The position numbers were made by a program, and so were the translations under genes. The notes beneath the pieces were generated by a model. The model was not told the DNA's origin. It was given only the letters and a program-made list of their open reading frames with translations, and did no database searches. This document shows, in pieces, positions 1-11,300 of a stretch of DNA of 48,337 nucleotides. The DNA is taken from positions 1 through 48,337 of the forward strand of contig JAHBMJ010000407.1 in the NCBI GenBank assembly GCA_018398765.1, given 5' to 3'. The stretch comes from Chromera velia. Taxonomy: Eukaryota. How positions within the stretch are numbered: position 1 is the first letter of the stretch; each line of letters starts with the position of its first letter.

Positions 1-993
1 GAGTCGTCATAGAACCCGGGGCACTGCAGGGAGTCAGGGAGGGAGGGAGGAGACACATGCAAGCAGAGAGAGACAAACAGAGACACGAGAATATTTCGTT
101 TTTTTTCTTTTTAGACAGACTTCATCACTTCACTGTCTCTCCTTCACGCTGTCGCGACACATCGTTCCTCCATCTTTTTTTTTTTTTTCTCGATCTTCTG
201 CTCACCGACAAAAAAAGGAAGGAAAACAGACAACAGAGACCCCCGCACAGACCGACCGACCGACTGACCGAAATGACGCAGTCCTTCACGGGACCGTTGA
301 GCCACTTCTCTGCCATCTGCTTGATCTTCGTCAGCAGCATCGCGGTCACTCTCGACGCAGAAAAGATCCGCTCCTCTCCTTGGTAAGTCACCTGAAGGGG
401 GAAAAAAGAATGAATGATTGGTAAGTCACGTGGATCAAAAGAAGAAAGAAGGAAAGTAAGAATATTGTGAAGACGAAGCAAAACCCGAAGCCGCCAGGGA
501 CTTCGGCAGGGCAACCAGAGGCTGTCTTCCTCTCCTTCTCCAGGCATCCATCCCGACTCTAACTGGGGCGCTGCGTTCGTCCACAATCTTTTGTCTTTTC
601 TCTCTTACAGCTGCACGGGCCCCTGCTGCAAAGTCATTGCTGTTGCTGTTGGAATGGAGACTCTGAAAGAACCAAGGACTAGATGGCCCGCCTCCCGCCA
701 ACACAAGTTCCTCCCGGGTATTTTTTCTCTTCGATCTGTTGATCTTCTCTTGCAGACTGACCGCGATGGCCTCACCCTCTGCTTCTGCCAATTCCACTGT
801 ATTCTAGAATAATTCCTTTACTATTCTCGTGGACTGACTGACTGACTGACCTTGAACCCGATGGAGCCGTCCTCTGCCTCCACGAGGGGAGAGAGGGCAA
901 AGGGCGCGTGCTGATCAACTGTCGCCTGGTCGAACTTCTTTCCGATCAAGGCCTTCATGTTACGGCACGTGTTCTTGAAGTTCGACTTGATCT

Positions 994-1033
<40 letters not shown>

Positions 1034-1071
1034 GCACACACACACGCACGGATACACGCACACACACACAT

Positions 1072-1103
<32 letters not shown>

Positions 1104-1962
1104 TCACTCACTCACTCTCTCACTCACACACACACACACACACACACACACAAAGACAAACACAAACACAAACACAAACACACAACCGACGATGACCAGA
1201 ATATCAGACAGGTGAAGCTCCGTGACCTTACACAGAAATTGTCGGCCCTACTCACACACGTACACACAAAGGCAAAGAAATCGACGAAGACGGGCAAGCG
1301 CACGCACATACATGTGCATACCACCACAGCCCGCCCCTGAAAGAAGAATGAAGAACTTCGAGAGCGTTTGCCTCCCATTCCCTCCCAGAAACTATAACAG
1401 AAGAGAAGAGAAGGGAAACCATAACAAACCAACAAACCAACCCACCGACCTGTGAGAGCGCCTGGTCCCCGATGAGTCTGTCCTTGTCGGTGAACCCCAC
1501 AAGGCTTCTGCAGCGGTCAAAGAGAGGACACACAGAGAGAGAAGACAGCAGAGATAAACTGCGGTGTCTGGTCTGAACGGAAAGACAAACAAACCAAAGT
1601 AAGACTTCGACTTTCCCCTTTACGCTTTCTCCACCTCCACAAGGTGGAGAGCTCTTGCCTCTTCTTCCACCACCCCGTCTGAGGAATTTTCTCCATTCTT
1701 GTCTGCCCCACTTCTGCTTCTGTAGGTCATAGAAGGAGGGAAGTTGTCGCACGAGGGTGGAACTCCCAGAAACTCATCTCACTTCGCACTCAACTCGTAA
1801 ACACAAGGAAGACATGGCTGAGCTAGGAGCCGGGCTCGGAAGGCATAAAACTGACGGTGTGAGGCGCTCACTGAGGTCATTTCGCACCACCTGGACAGCA
1901 TTCTTGGCGATGGTGGCCACGACGCAGTGGCTGGTGCCGACGTCGATTCCAATTACACTCAT
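1..1962 (-). CDS. HSP110: HSP110/HSP70-family chaperone, 5' part (runs off the window start); exons 1856-1962, 1450-1507, 851-991, 269-391, 1-23
   Basis: GT-AG exons splice in phase to MSVIGIDVGTSHCVVATIAKNAVQVVRNDLSERLTP-SLVGFTDKDRLIGDQALSQ-IKSNFKNTCRNMKALIGKKF...GFK-VTYQGEERIFSASRVTAMLLTKIKQMAEKWLNGPVKDCVIS-CPGFYDD. This is the N-terminal ATPase lobe of the HSP70 superfamily with HSP110-like features. Confidence 0.93.
995..1185. repeat. (CA)n-rich compound microsatellite in HSP110 intron
   Basis: Long CA/CATA/CAAA/CTCA runs next to the exon 3 acceptor. Confidence 0.9.
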
Positions 1963-2597
1963 TTGTTCAGAGACGAGTTATAAGACGAGTTAGAAGTGGA
2001 CACAAGGAGGAAGAGAGTAAAAGAAACAAAACTGCGGCCAAGTCAAATGACAAAAAGTCTTTCTGTGCGAACACTGTAGACTCGATTCACGGATGGCTGG
2101 CGCCTGAAGCGGGATGGATTGCTGTACCTCAAAAAAAGATGTTGAAAAAGCCCACAATCGAAGCACACAACGAAAAGATCATTAGGCGGTTTAGAAGGGA
2201 GACGCCCAAAATTCGTCCCGTAACGCACGTTTTTAAAGCGCGGGCATGCCGTGGCCGGCCACCATATGTATAGGCCCACTCATACAAAGCAGCGCACGCC
2301 GTGGCCCCCGCCGCCGGTCACCGCCTGCCTGAGACACGTACGCGCGGCCGGCGGCGCCGGGCCACGCCGAGATATGTCGGGCATAGCCGGGGTCGGAGGC
2401 CCAACACCGGGTTTTGCTTCTTGGGCGGTTTTTTTTTTTTGAATAAGCTTGGGCGCGAAGCTCGGTTTGGTATTTATGTGTGTGGGGTGTGTGTGTATGT
2501 GTGTGTAGGTCGATGATGATGTACTGGGGAACGGGGGCCTAGTGCGAGCGATTGAATGGGCGACCTTACCTCTCCCTAGGAGGTCGTGGTGGTGTGA

Positions 2598-3674
2598 ATG
2601 GCCAACTCACCCCCTGGGGGACCTTATATGCGCATGCGCATACGTCTTCTCGCCGCGAAGGCATCAGGGTCAGAGGTTGTGGGTTATGTGCGCCCGGCAG
2701 GTCTGTGTTATCTGCCTTTATTCATCAGTCACCGATCGGTACGCGGTGCTGCTCCAGGGAGGGTTTGTGTGTATGCAGGTGCGGGTGAGTAGATGAATGA
2801 GGGTAAAGATATGTGAGTGTGTGTGTATGAATGTTTTGTTTCCATTCATCCCTTTTTAGTACTTAGGGGGTCATTTAGTTAGTCTTTTTGTCGATCCACT
2901 TGTCTTGCCTTGCATCTTTTGTGCCCTTTATTTGGTTCAGTTGGTCATTCTGATCCGAATCAATCAGGCATCTACCCGTCCATCCTTTATTCATTTGATC
3001 ATTCGTTTGTAAGTGTTCATTTTATCTATCTTTTCTCTCTGTTTGGATGGTTTTTGACTTACGCACGACTTTTATGCACCTCCAGTGTCTGCGCGTTTTC
3101 CATTTCTGGTTGTGGACGGTGCTCGCTCTGACTCTTGATCTCTCACTGTCGATGTGATTATCGTTGAAAACGTAGTCGATGACGATTTCATCTTTCTATG
3201 TCTGCAGGTTTTCAGTTCCAGGCTCCTCGGTCCCTGTTTACGTCTGCCTTCTCCACGGCAACCCCGGAAGTGAGAGTACTGGAAGTGCACTTCCTTGGTC
3301 AACGTGAACTGGCCTCCCATGATTGGGGCTGCCAGCTCCTTCTGAGGTGGGTGTTTCCTATTCTGTTCCTTACATGTTTTGGATGCAGTGCCAGCATCGT
3401 ACTCGGCTCTGCTAGTCTCTCTTTTATGTCACAGTGTGTTGCTTTTGTTTCGTCTTCCCCCTCTTGCACCGTGATTTTCTCTTTTTGATCTGTCTTCTTT
3501 CTTTGACTGCTGAGTTTCCTTTCTTGCTCTTTGAAAAATTAAGAATAGCGGCTCCCTTTTTCACACTTTGCTCTGCTTCAAATTACTGAATGAATGCAGG
3601 GCAGTCGCAGTCTTCAATTTTGATCAACCACAATTCGTTTGGGCATCTTTCATAGGTGAGGGAGTATTGCATCT

Positions 3675-3719
<45 letters not shown>

Positions 3720-4151
3720 TTGACCACTTCTCTCACTTTGTAGACAGATTTTTTTTTTAATCATGAGTCTGTCTAGTCTTGAAGAATACGTACATTTCAA
3801 GCACATGTAAGTCAAATAAAAAGTCGCGTCTCATTGAAGAAGAGATGTGAAATTCGGTTTTCCTGATTCTCTGTAAATCAAACAAAAAAAGAAACGAGTC
3901 TTTTATTCAAAAAAAGAAACGAGTCTTTCGTTTTTAAGTTTGTTTCCCCCCTTGCCTTTGATTCAGAGAGGTGAATGAATGGCCTTTAAGGACGGGTTTC
4001 ATGTTGTCAGCTGCTGCCGGACGTGTTCGTGTACCATGATTCACCGCACGTCTGCTGTCCATCATTGCAGGTACGACCATACTATGACCGAAGAGACAAA
4101 AAGTTCTACCCTTTATCAGTTCAAATGGATGTATATGACTGCTTTCGTTTA
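2598..4151 (+). other. Possible spliced hypothetical gene or gene remnant (candidate exons ~2598-2700, 3209-3346, 4071-4151)
   Basis: Non-repetitive GC-richer blocks bounded by tgcag acceptors and GT donors. The reading frame is ambiguous and no motif is recognised. Confidence 0.25.
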
Positions 4152-4420
4152 GTCCTTCTTGTTGTTTTTCTTCCTTTTCTCTCCCTTTCTCCTCTCCCCT
4201 TTTTCTGTTTCTCTCCGTGATCTTTAGTGTTCGTTACTCTTTCCGGCCTTCCTTTTCTACATTTTTTTTTTCATGTTAAGGTCTGTTTTTTCTGAGACTG
4301 AAAGGCATAAAAATCGATTTACTTTCAAGTCCCTTTTTAGTCTTCTACATGCTGGTCTCCCATGTTGTTTATTGCCATAATATGCGTATTCGCAATCTAA
4401 TGGCAAAGGGCACTGGTCAC

Positions 4421-5764
4421 TTACGTGAGGGGTCGAGCCTCTGCATCTCTTGCAAGTTGCTTGTGCAGACACTGCTGCAGGACCGTATTGATCAACAAGG
4501 AGATGTGTCGTTCTGTGAAGGGTGCGGGCTCTTCTTTCTGGCTTTCGGTGAGTCTATCTCCTTTCATCATTTTGCTATTTGTTTCTTTGACTGCCAAAAA
4601 CTTTTTGGGTCTCTCAGTTGCCCCACTGTTGTATGAAATCAGTTCTGCTGCCCCCACTAATTCGTCGAATGAGGTGTATTGCTTTTGTATGAGAATCGAC
4701 TTTGTGATTTTGTTGAACAGTCCTCTCCAAAATTTTTTTATCAGTCTTTCATCCTCAATCGATGAATTTGCCTGTCGACAAAGAGAAGTGTACATGTACC
4801 TATTAGCGTACTGAATCTCATGAATTGTCTCTCCTTTTCTTTGCTGCAGGTTGTCTAAGCTGTATTCTGCCTTCTCTACATGTGGTTCCTTAAGTCCGAA
4901 CTTCGAAAAGAATGCATCTTTCAGGTTAGTGATGGTCTGCATTTTGTTCATTTTCTCATTGAATATGTCTGTAAACCAGTCGAGTGCATTTCCTTTCAAT
5001 GATTTTCGGAAATAGAACAGGATTTGGGTGATGTTCTATTGGAAGGCAGTAGCATCCATGTTGAAAGCTCTCCAAAAATTCCGTGCATCCTTTCTTTCTC
5101 CTGAATATGCATTGATGTCTACTTTAATTGGGGGGTTGAAAAAGTGGTTTAGGGTTGGCAGCAGTGGAGGAGTCGGTAGCAGAGCAGCTCTTTGTATGAA
5201 AGAGGGAAGGTGTGAGGGTACCAAAGCCGAGCTGTCTGCTTTCATTTCCTTTACGGGCAGTTTGTCTGTGTTAAGTACCAACTCGAATTCTTCTTCTTTT
5301 ATAGGTTTGAATGTCACTCCCTGTCTTGCTAATTCCTTTATGACAGACGGATTCTATTTCTGTACTTGCATGGGGCCGGCTGACATCTTCTTCTGTGCTT
5401 CATCAGCCGGTTGATCTGTCATTTCCTCGTCGGGGTCTTCTTCGTTCTCTTCTCCATTTCTTTTCTCTTCATTATTTTTCTTTCCTTTCTCATTCTCTTG
5501 TGTCTCGTTTTTTTCCATTTTTTGGTCTTGGCTCTCCACCTCCTTTTCCGTTTTCTTTTTTTTCTTGTTCCGATTTTTATTATTAGAGGATTTGCCCTTT
5601 TCCTTCTTTTTCGATGGCTCCTTAATTACTTTCTTAGATTTTTCTACATGGTGAAGAGACTCGTCCATTTCAAGGAATTCGTCAGCATTGTTTTTCTTCT
5701 TGTTCTTTTCTAGTGCTTTTTGTCGGGCTGTCAGTTTTTTCTTGGCTTAAGGCTTTGGAGCCAT
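4421..5764 (-). pseudogene. Retrotransposon gag-like (capsid domain) ORF with K/E-rich N-terminus and three in-frame stops
   Basis: ATG at 5764. Track ORFs 5354-5668, 5036-5317 and 4421-4999 share one frame. Motifs YSGERKDARNFWRAF, LKGNALDWF, LKDAFFSKF, LDNLQQRKGETIHE and LIKKFWRGL resemble Ty3/Gypsy Retrotrans_gag. Confidence 0.75.
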
Positions 5765-6699
5765 ATTTGGTTCTCTTTCCTTTTTTTTTTTGATAGAAAA
5801 GCCTTCAGTCTACCCAGATCTAACAAGTGGGGGAAAGAATGTATATAGGAAGAAGTTGGCGGTTACTGTCGATAAATCTTAGCTGACGTGTGACATCAAG
5901 ATTCAGTGCCTTGATGACTTTGTCTAACTGGCGATTATGAGCGACGACTGTATATGAATACTGATCCAAAAGGAAGATTCTCAGATTTTGCTGGTCCTCA
6001 ATGAATTCTGTGTTCCTCTACAAAATTTCGTTCACGATGAGTCTCGCTCGTTCTTCCCTTTCTGTTGTGTACAATTCTGGAAGTTCTCCAGGCAAAATTG
6101 CTCGAAGGATCTTTCAAGAAAGTAGTCCGCATTCGCCTCCGTAAAGGGGTGCATGGATTCATACAGGGACTACAAAGATGGCGGTCTAACTGATGAGGTC
6201 TCCTGAATTTCGCTGCCCTTCCCATTGATGCCTTCGTTGAGAAATACGGGGCACCTAAGAAGAGTGTCACCCCATTCACGTACAAGAACGTGAATTACTA
6301 TATCTTTTACAGCAGGTGTCAGAATAAGAACTCGTACAAGCCGTCGGTGCTTGATCACAAAATCAAAGACACGATTCTCCACGTACTTTCCTGCGCAGAG
6401 GCTGTGTCAAGAGTTCCCTTCACCACGAGTTGTCTGATCAACTCTTGCATCATTGCACAAGATGCTGGCTTTGCCAGCATTTCTTTTAGTGGAGCGCTCC
6501 GGATGGCAGAGGCTGTGGCCTCTCGTTGTTCCTCTGTCATTCAAAAGGCAGTGACAGCACAGTCAAGACCCAGTGAATCCGCATCCAAAGCTCCAAAGAA
6601 GCACTGTTTAAGCACGATGATTCGTCGATGAGTCTGGCACTGAATTATGGATGATTGCGGATGATGGCCTTAAAAAAGACTCTGAAGTGACGGTATTAG

Positions 6700-7330
6700 T
6701 AGCCTATAGTAAAGTATTGAAAATATTTCAACTAAATCTTGAACTGATAGCAGCTTTAAATCATTTTGCCACATGTCTGAAGTAGAGAAAACATTTTAAA
6801 ACAGTGTCACTCTAGTTTTAAAAACGGTGTAAATACTAGTTTCATTATGATAGCATAGCCTTCCTCTGTGAAAGTTACTAAAGTATGGTAACTTTAGGAG
6901 GTCATGGACCCTAAAGTTACTGCGCTATCCGGGTAACTCTTAAAGTCCAAGTGTAAGAGAAGATATATATATCACACGGGGGTGCAGATATCTAACTTTT
7001 AAAGTTTCACCTTAATTCCATTTAAAATTTTAATTCATTTTGTTTTCAAACTTGATTTTAATGTTTAAAAAAAAATGTTGAAGTTACACATGGTTGAACT
7101 TGAAGTTAGCCCACCGCCAAATTTAAAATGCTTTATACTATTTCGGCGGCGTTTCAATTTATACATATAAAAAATCAACAATGTTTTAAAAACATAGCAT
7201 GAGGTTTAAAAATTAATGACTAGATTGATAATTTAAGATACTAATGACAAATCTAGTGACAAATCAATCAGATGTGTCAGCCCGAGAGTCTCATTATCAA
7301 ACTGTAGGTCAATTTAAAGTTTAGACGTTA
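6700..7330. repeat. AT-rich segment with alternating AAAGTTAC/GTAACTTT inverted motifs; probable DNA-transposon remnant
   Basis: Motif copies at 6871, 6888, 6910 and 6933; perfect 11-bp inverted repeat GTAACTTTAGG/CCTAAAGTTAC. No TIR or TSD identified. Confidence 0.35.
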
Positions 7331-8383
7331 ATCACCCAAGTGGTCTAACTTGAACCGTCCAAGCCACGAATATAGGCCCACTATGCTGTCAACAATTGGT
7401 ACAGACTTTGTGGATGATGAATGAGGGGGGAAGACCTTGTGAAATAGAGAATTAAGAACAACTGCGAAAGCTAGAATCGTTTGAAGCTGCTCGCAATACG
7501 CCCCCTTCTGCAGTGATGAATTCGTTTTGCTAGTCGTTTTGCTTGCATACCATGCGAATTTGGTCACAATTTTGGTGTTTCCCACTCGGCTGCACCCTTC
7601 CCAAAAGTCTAAAGAGAGATCGACTCACTTGGCCGACCATCGGAGGTTGGATGGATGGATTATTATTGCCCTCTTAATTTCACCTCTTATTGTCACTGAG
7701 AAGAAAAAACCGGCCGCGGGACGCGTTCAATTCTGCTTGTCGAGCTTGTTTGGCAAAGAACGCATCCTTCGAGAGAAAAACGGGACAGATAGTCGGAGTT
7801 AAAGGAGACAGAAGTTTGGTTGCGAAACTGAGAGAGAGCGCGTTCCTCTCTTCACTCCCATGCATAGAAGGGGGGAGAAGAAACTGCTCTAGCTCTCGAA
7901 TGGATGGATCGATGGAGGATGTATGGATGGATGGATCCTGATTGATCCAACGATTTAACTCTTCCCTCCGCTCCTCATTCAAACAAGCTTCGAAACCCTC
8001 CAGTCTGCACAATGAATGTTCCTTCTCCTTCCTCTACCTTTCTTCCAATCCCTCCCAGTTGCCCCATTTGACTCTGTCCCCTTTCTGTCACACCCCCTTT
8101 CGCATTCTTTCCCTGGTTCCCCTCTCTTCAACCAGCCTCCCCCCCTCTCTCTCACAACAAGATCCGTCTCGTCTCGTCTGACCATCAAACCACGTCACTC
8201 TCTTTTCCTTTTTCTCGCTCGGTTGATCGCAGGCACGTGCAGTCAGTCAGTCTGTCTGTCTTGTCCACCACGTTTTTGCTCTTCATGAAAAGGACTGGAA
8301 GCGCAGAGATCACCCCGAGAGCCCAAAGGCCTGCGAAGATCCACCACACGTCAGCCAGTTGGTTCGGATGGATGGATGGAGGA

Positions 8384-11300
8384 TCAGAGGCCCCAGTAGC
8401 GCATATGCACCTGCTGGATGCCCCCGAAGAGTTTCGCAGGCTGCGGCTGAGGATGGTGGGCTGGGAGGGCACGAGCGCAGTACCCGATCTGATGAGGATG
8501 GAACCCCTGTCCATTCCCAGCAGCAACAGCAGAGGCAGGAGGCAGCACAACCCCAGAGCCTGCAGAGCACGCCTTGACGGTCTGGTGGTGATGGTAAGCT
8601 GTGGGAGCTCTTTGATGGGGAACCCCCCCCCTCGAGTGCATCTGCAGGCCTATAGCCCCAGTGGCTACATTTGTTGGCACCCCCGTCCTCGCGGCGCTCC
8701 CAACGGGCGCAAGCGGAGGTGGAAAGGTGTATGTGGAGGAAGATGAAGCGTGCGGAGGCTGGTGGTGGTGTAGGGGCAGTTGATGGTGTGGAAAGCACAT
8801 TTGCATCTTGTGGTGTGGGGGTGGCATGCCGTTGGGCATCGGTTGGTGTGGTGGGCCGTGGCCCTGGTTCAGGAAGGCGCCCGGGACAGCGAGGCGTGCA
8901 GAGGGAGGTGGTGCCTGCATAAGGCGATGCATGTCTGGGGGGTGTCGGTTTGTGGTTGGGGGATGCACTTGTGTGAGGGGAGCCCGGCTCTGGTCTGTGT
9001 TTGGAGGTTCAGGCTCATGCTGACACACAGAAACAGACGGGACAGGTCGGTTGGGGACGGGAAGATGGTGAGGACCGAGACCCCGGTTCTCCTGCCTTTC
9101 GGTTGCTGCCACTGGGACCGCGTGGCCTCCAGACGTGGGGTGGAGCTGGATCGGTGGCTCGTGATCGCGCTTCTGGGTTGAGGTCGGAGGCGCCTCGGGA
9201 ATGGGCGAAGGCGGATGCGGTCTGCTGCCAACGTTCTGCAGGTTGTGTGAAGGGGGCAGCATCAAGCCTGCAGATTGTTGGGGCAGTTGTGGTCGGACAT
9301 GGCTCTTCGGATTTTGGGTTGTCGTGTGGCCGGCAGTTGGCTGAGCCTGAGGATGGGCACGTGGATGGGGTACTTTCAGTTGCGTCGGGAAGTGTGCGTG
9401 CGTCGATGCGTGCGGAAGAGAGGGTTGGGGGGGGAAGTTGGGTGGAAGAATCTGGTTGTGGGGCTTTGGGCAGAGCTGCTGTCGTCGAGCGTTGGGGAAG
9501 AATGGGAAGGGGAAGGGGCCCGTGCACGGGTGGGGGTGCTGCATAGGAAGTGTGCGAACAGTTGGTAGTGTGGCAGTGGGGGGGGTTGGAGTGATCTGAA
9601 GGTTTCTTGTCTCTGCTGCCGGTTTCGGTCCCTCGACTGCCCTCTCGATGACTTGGTTTGTATGAAGAGGGAGAGGACAGCGAAGTTTCGGGGGTTGATC
9701 GTCGAGCAGGGGAGGGTCCAGGTAGAGGGTGTGTAGGACGGATTCGGTTTGCGGACAGGCATCACAGAGGAAGTTTGAAAAACGGCGCGCGGAGCCGTTA
9801 GTCGGGAACGCCCTGCAAAATCCCGGTTCCGCCCTCTTGAATTCTCTCAGTCTATCGACCAGTCGGGGATTCCTCTGCACTCAGACAGACAGAGAGAAAG
9901 AGAGCAAACCAGAGGGACAGATTTGGTGACTGTTTTTTCACACATAGACACAGACACAGACACAGACACACACACACACGCACAGAGAGAGGGGGGGGAG
10001 GAGAGAGAGAGAGAGGAGGGCAAGGGGCTTTTTTGGCCTTGAATCAAGGCAGAAGACGACTAGTTGTAGAGCAAGACTGTGTGGGACTGACTGAATCGGC
10101 ATGCAGGTAGAGATGAAGGAGCAAAAGGACTGCAGAGTCAAACGACGGGTCTAGCTGTAGGCTCTGTTGTTTGTCCCCCATCTCTTTCTTTGTCCTGCCT
10201 GACTGACCTTGACTTTCTTCATTTTTGCCTTCATGCCCGAGTGCCACTGCAGTGTCTTGTCTCGAAGGCACAAAGCCATGCCAGTCTCCTCCTCCTCTGG
10301 CACAGTCTCCTGAGGGAAGAGCGGCTGTGTCTCTATCAGGCAGGCAGTAGGCAGCCTCGCGGGAGATGGGCCTCTGTATGTCACCCCTGCCTCCAGGGCT
10401 TTCTTGGCTTCTTCTCGGGATGCCTGAAGGAGGGTGGAGAGGTCAATCTGGAGTCTCTCTCTGCAGAATTCTTCCAACTCTCTCGGAGAAGGGGGCTCCA
10501 GAGAGAGGGAAGTGTCGTCGGAGGGAAGAGAGAATCTCTGGGCAAAGGCAGAGGGACGGCGTTCCCCCCCCGGCATTGCAGGCACATAGGCATCTTCCTG
10601 CTGAACCATGGTGGACTCTTCCTCCTGTACTGCCACACCCTCCTCCATTCTTTCTGTATGCTGATCTCTTGGGTTGATGTTGTTTGAATGGTTCTGCGGT
10701 GAAATCCCGTTGGACCCAACTACTTGCCCTGCCACAATCTTTCTGGGCTTTGGGCTGCCCGCGTCTCTGATGGAGTGGCTCCACGGGGGGCGGTTCTCCA
10801 TCGTTGTCTTTCCCGGTTTGGGGACCCACGCCGGCTGAGATCTGTGGGCTGAGAGTGTCTCTGAGTTGTCCGGATTCGCGCTGGTGCTCTGGGCCAACCG
10901 TGGTGACCCCAGAGACATTGCAGGGGGGGGGAGGGTGGAGGTAAGTCGGCGTGGGGAGATGAGATTCTGGTTCCTGGATGGGAGGAGACGGGGCGAGATG
11001 GTGTTGTCGTGGACCCGCAGTCCGAGTTCAGCTCGGCGTTCCTCCCGGTTTCTGGCGTTTGCTCTGGCTGCTTGGCGTTTTTCGTCGATCTGTCTTTTGA
11101 TTTCGGTTTCTTTTCTCTCTCTCTCGGCTTCGTCTTGTTTGAGCCTGCTGGGTGCCTGTTTGAGAGCGTCGATGCGTGCTCTCTCTTGGGCTCTTGACAG
11201 TTCCTGTTTGGTGAGTTTGGGCAGACCAACAACGTTGAGTGTCTCGCAGATGAGACGCGTCTTGATCTTCTTATCGAGGGGAGACTCGATGGCCAGTGAC

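Noticed and set aside
821..1435. Overlapping HT/CV-repeat ORFs
   Set aside because: These are translations of the intronic (CA)n microsatellite; only 851-991 is exon.
6190..6220. CTGATGAG..GAA hammerhead-like core
   Set aside because: Lacks GAAA and stems I/III.
8237..9568. Several plus-strand ORFs (169, 133, 181 aa)
   Set aside because: Antisense shadows of the GC-rich last TTLL exon; no motifs.
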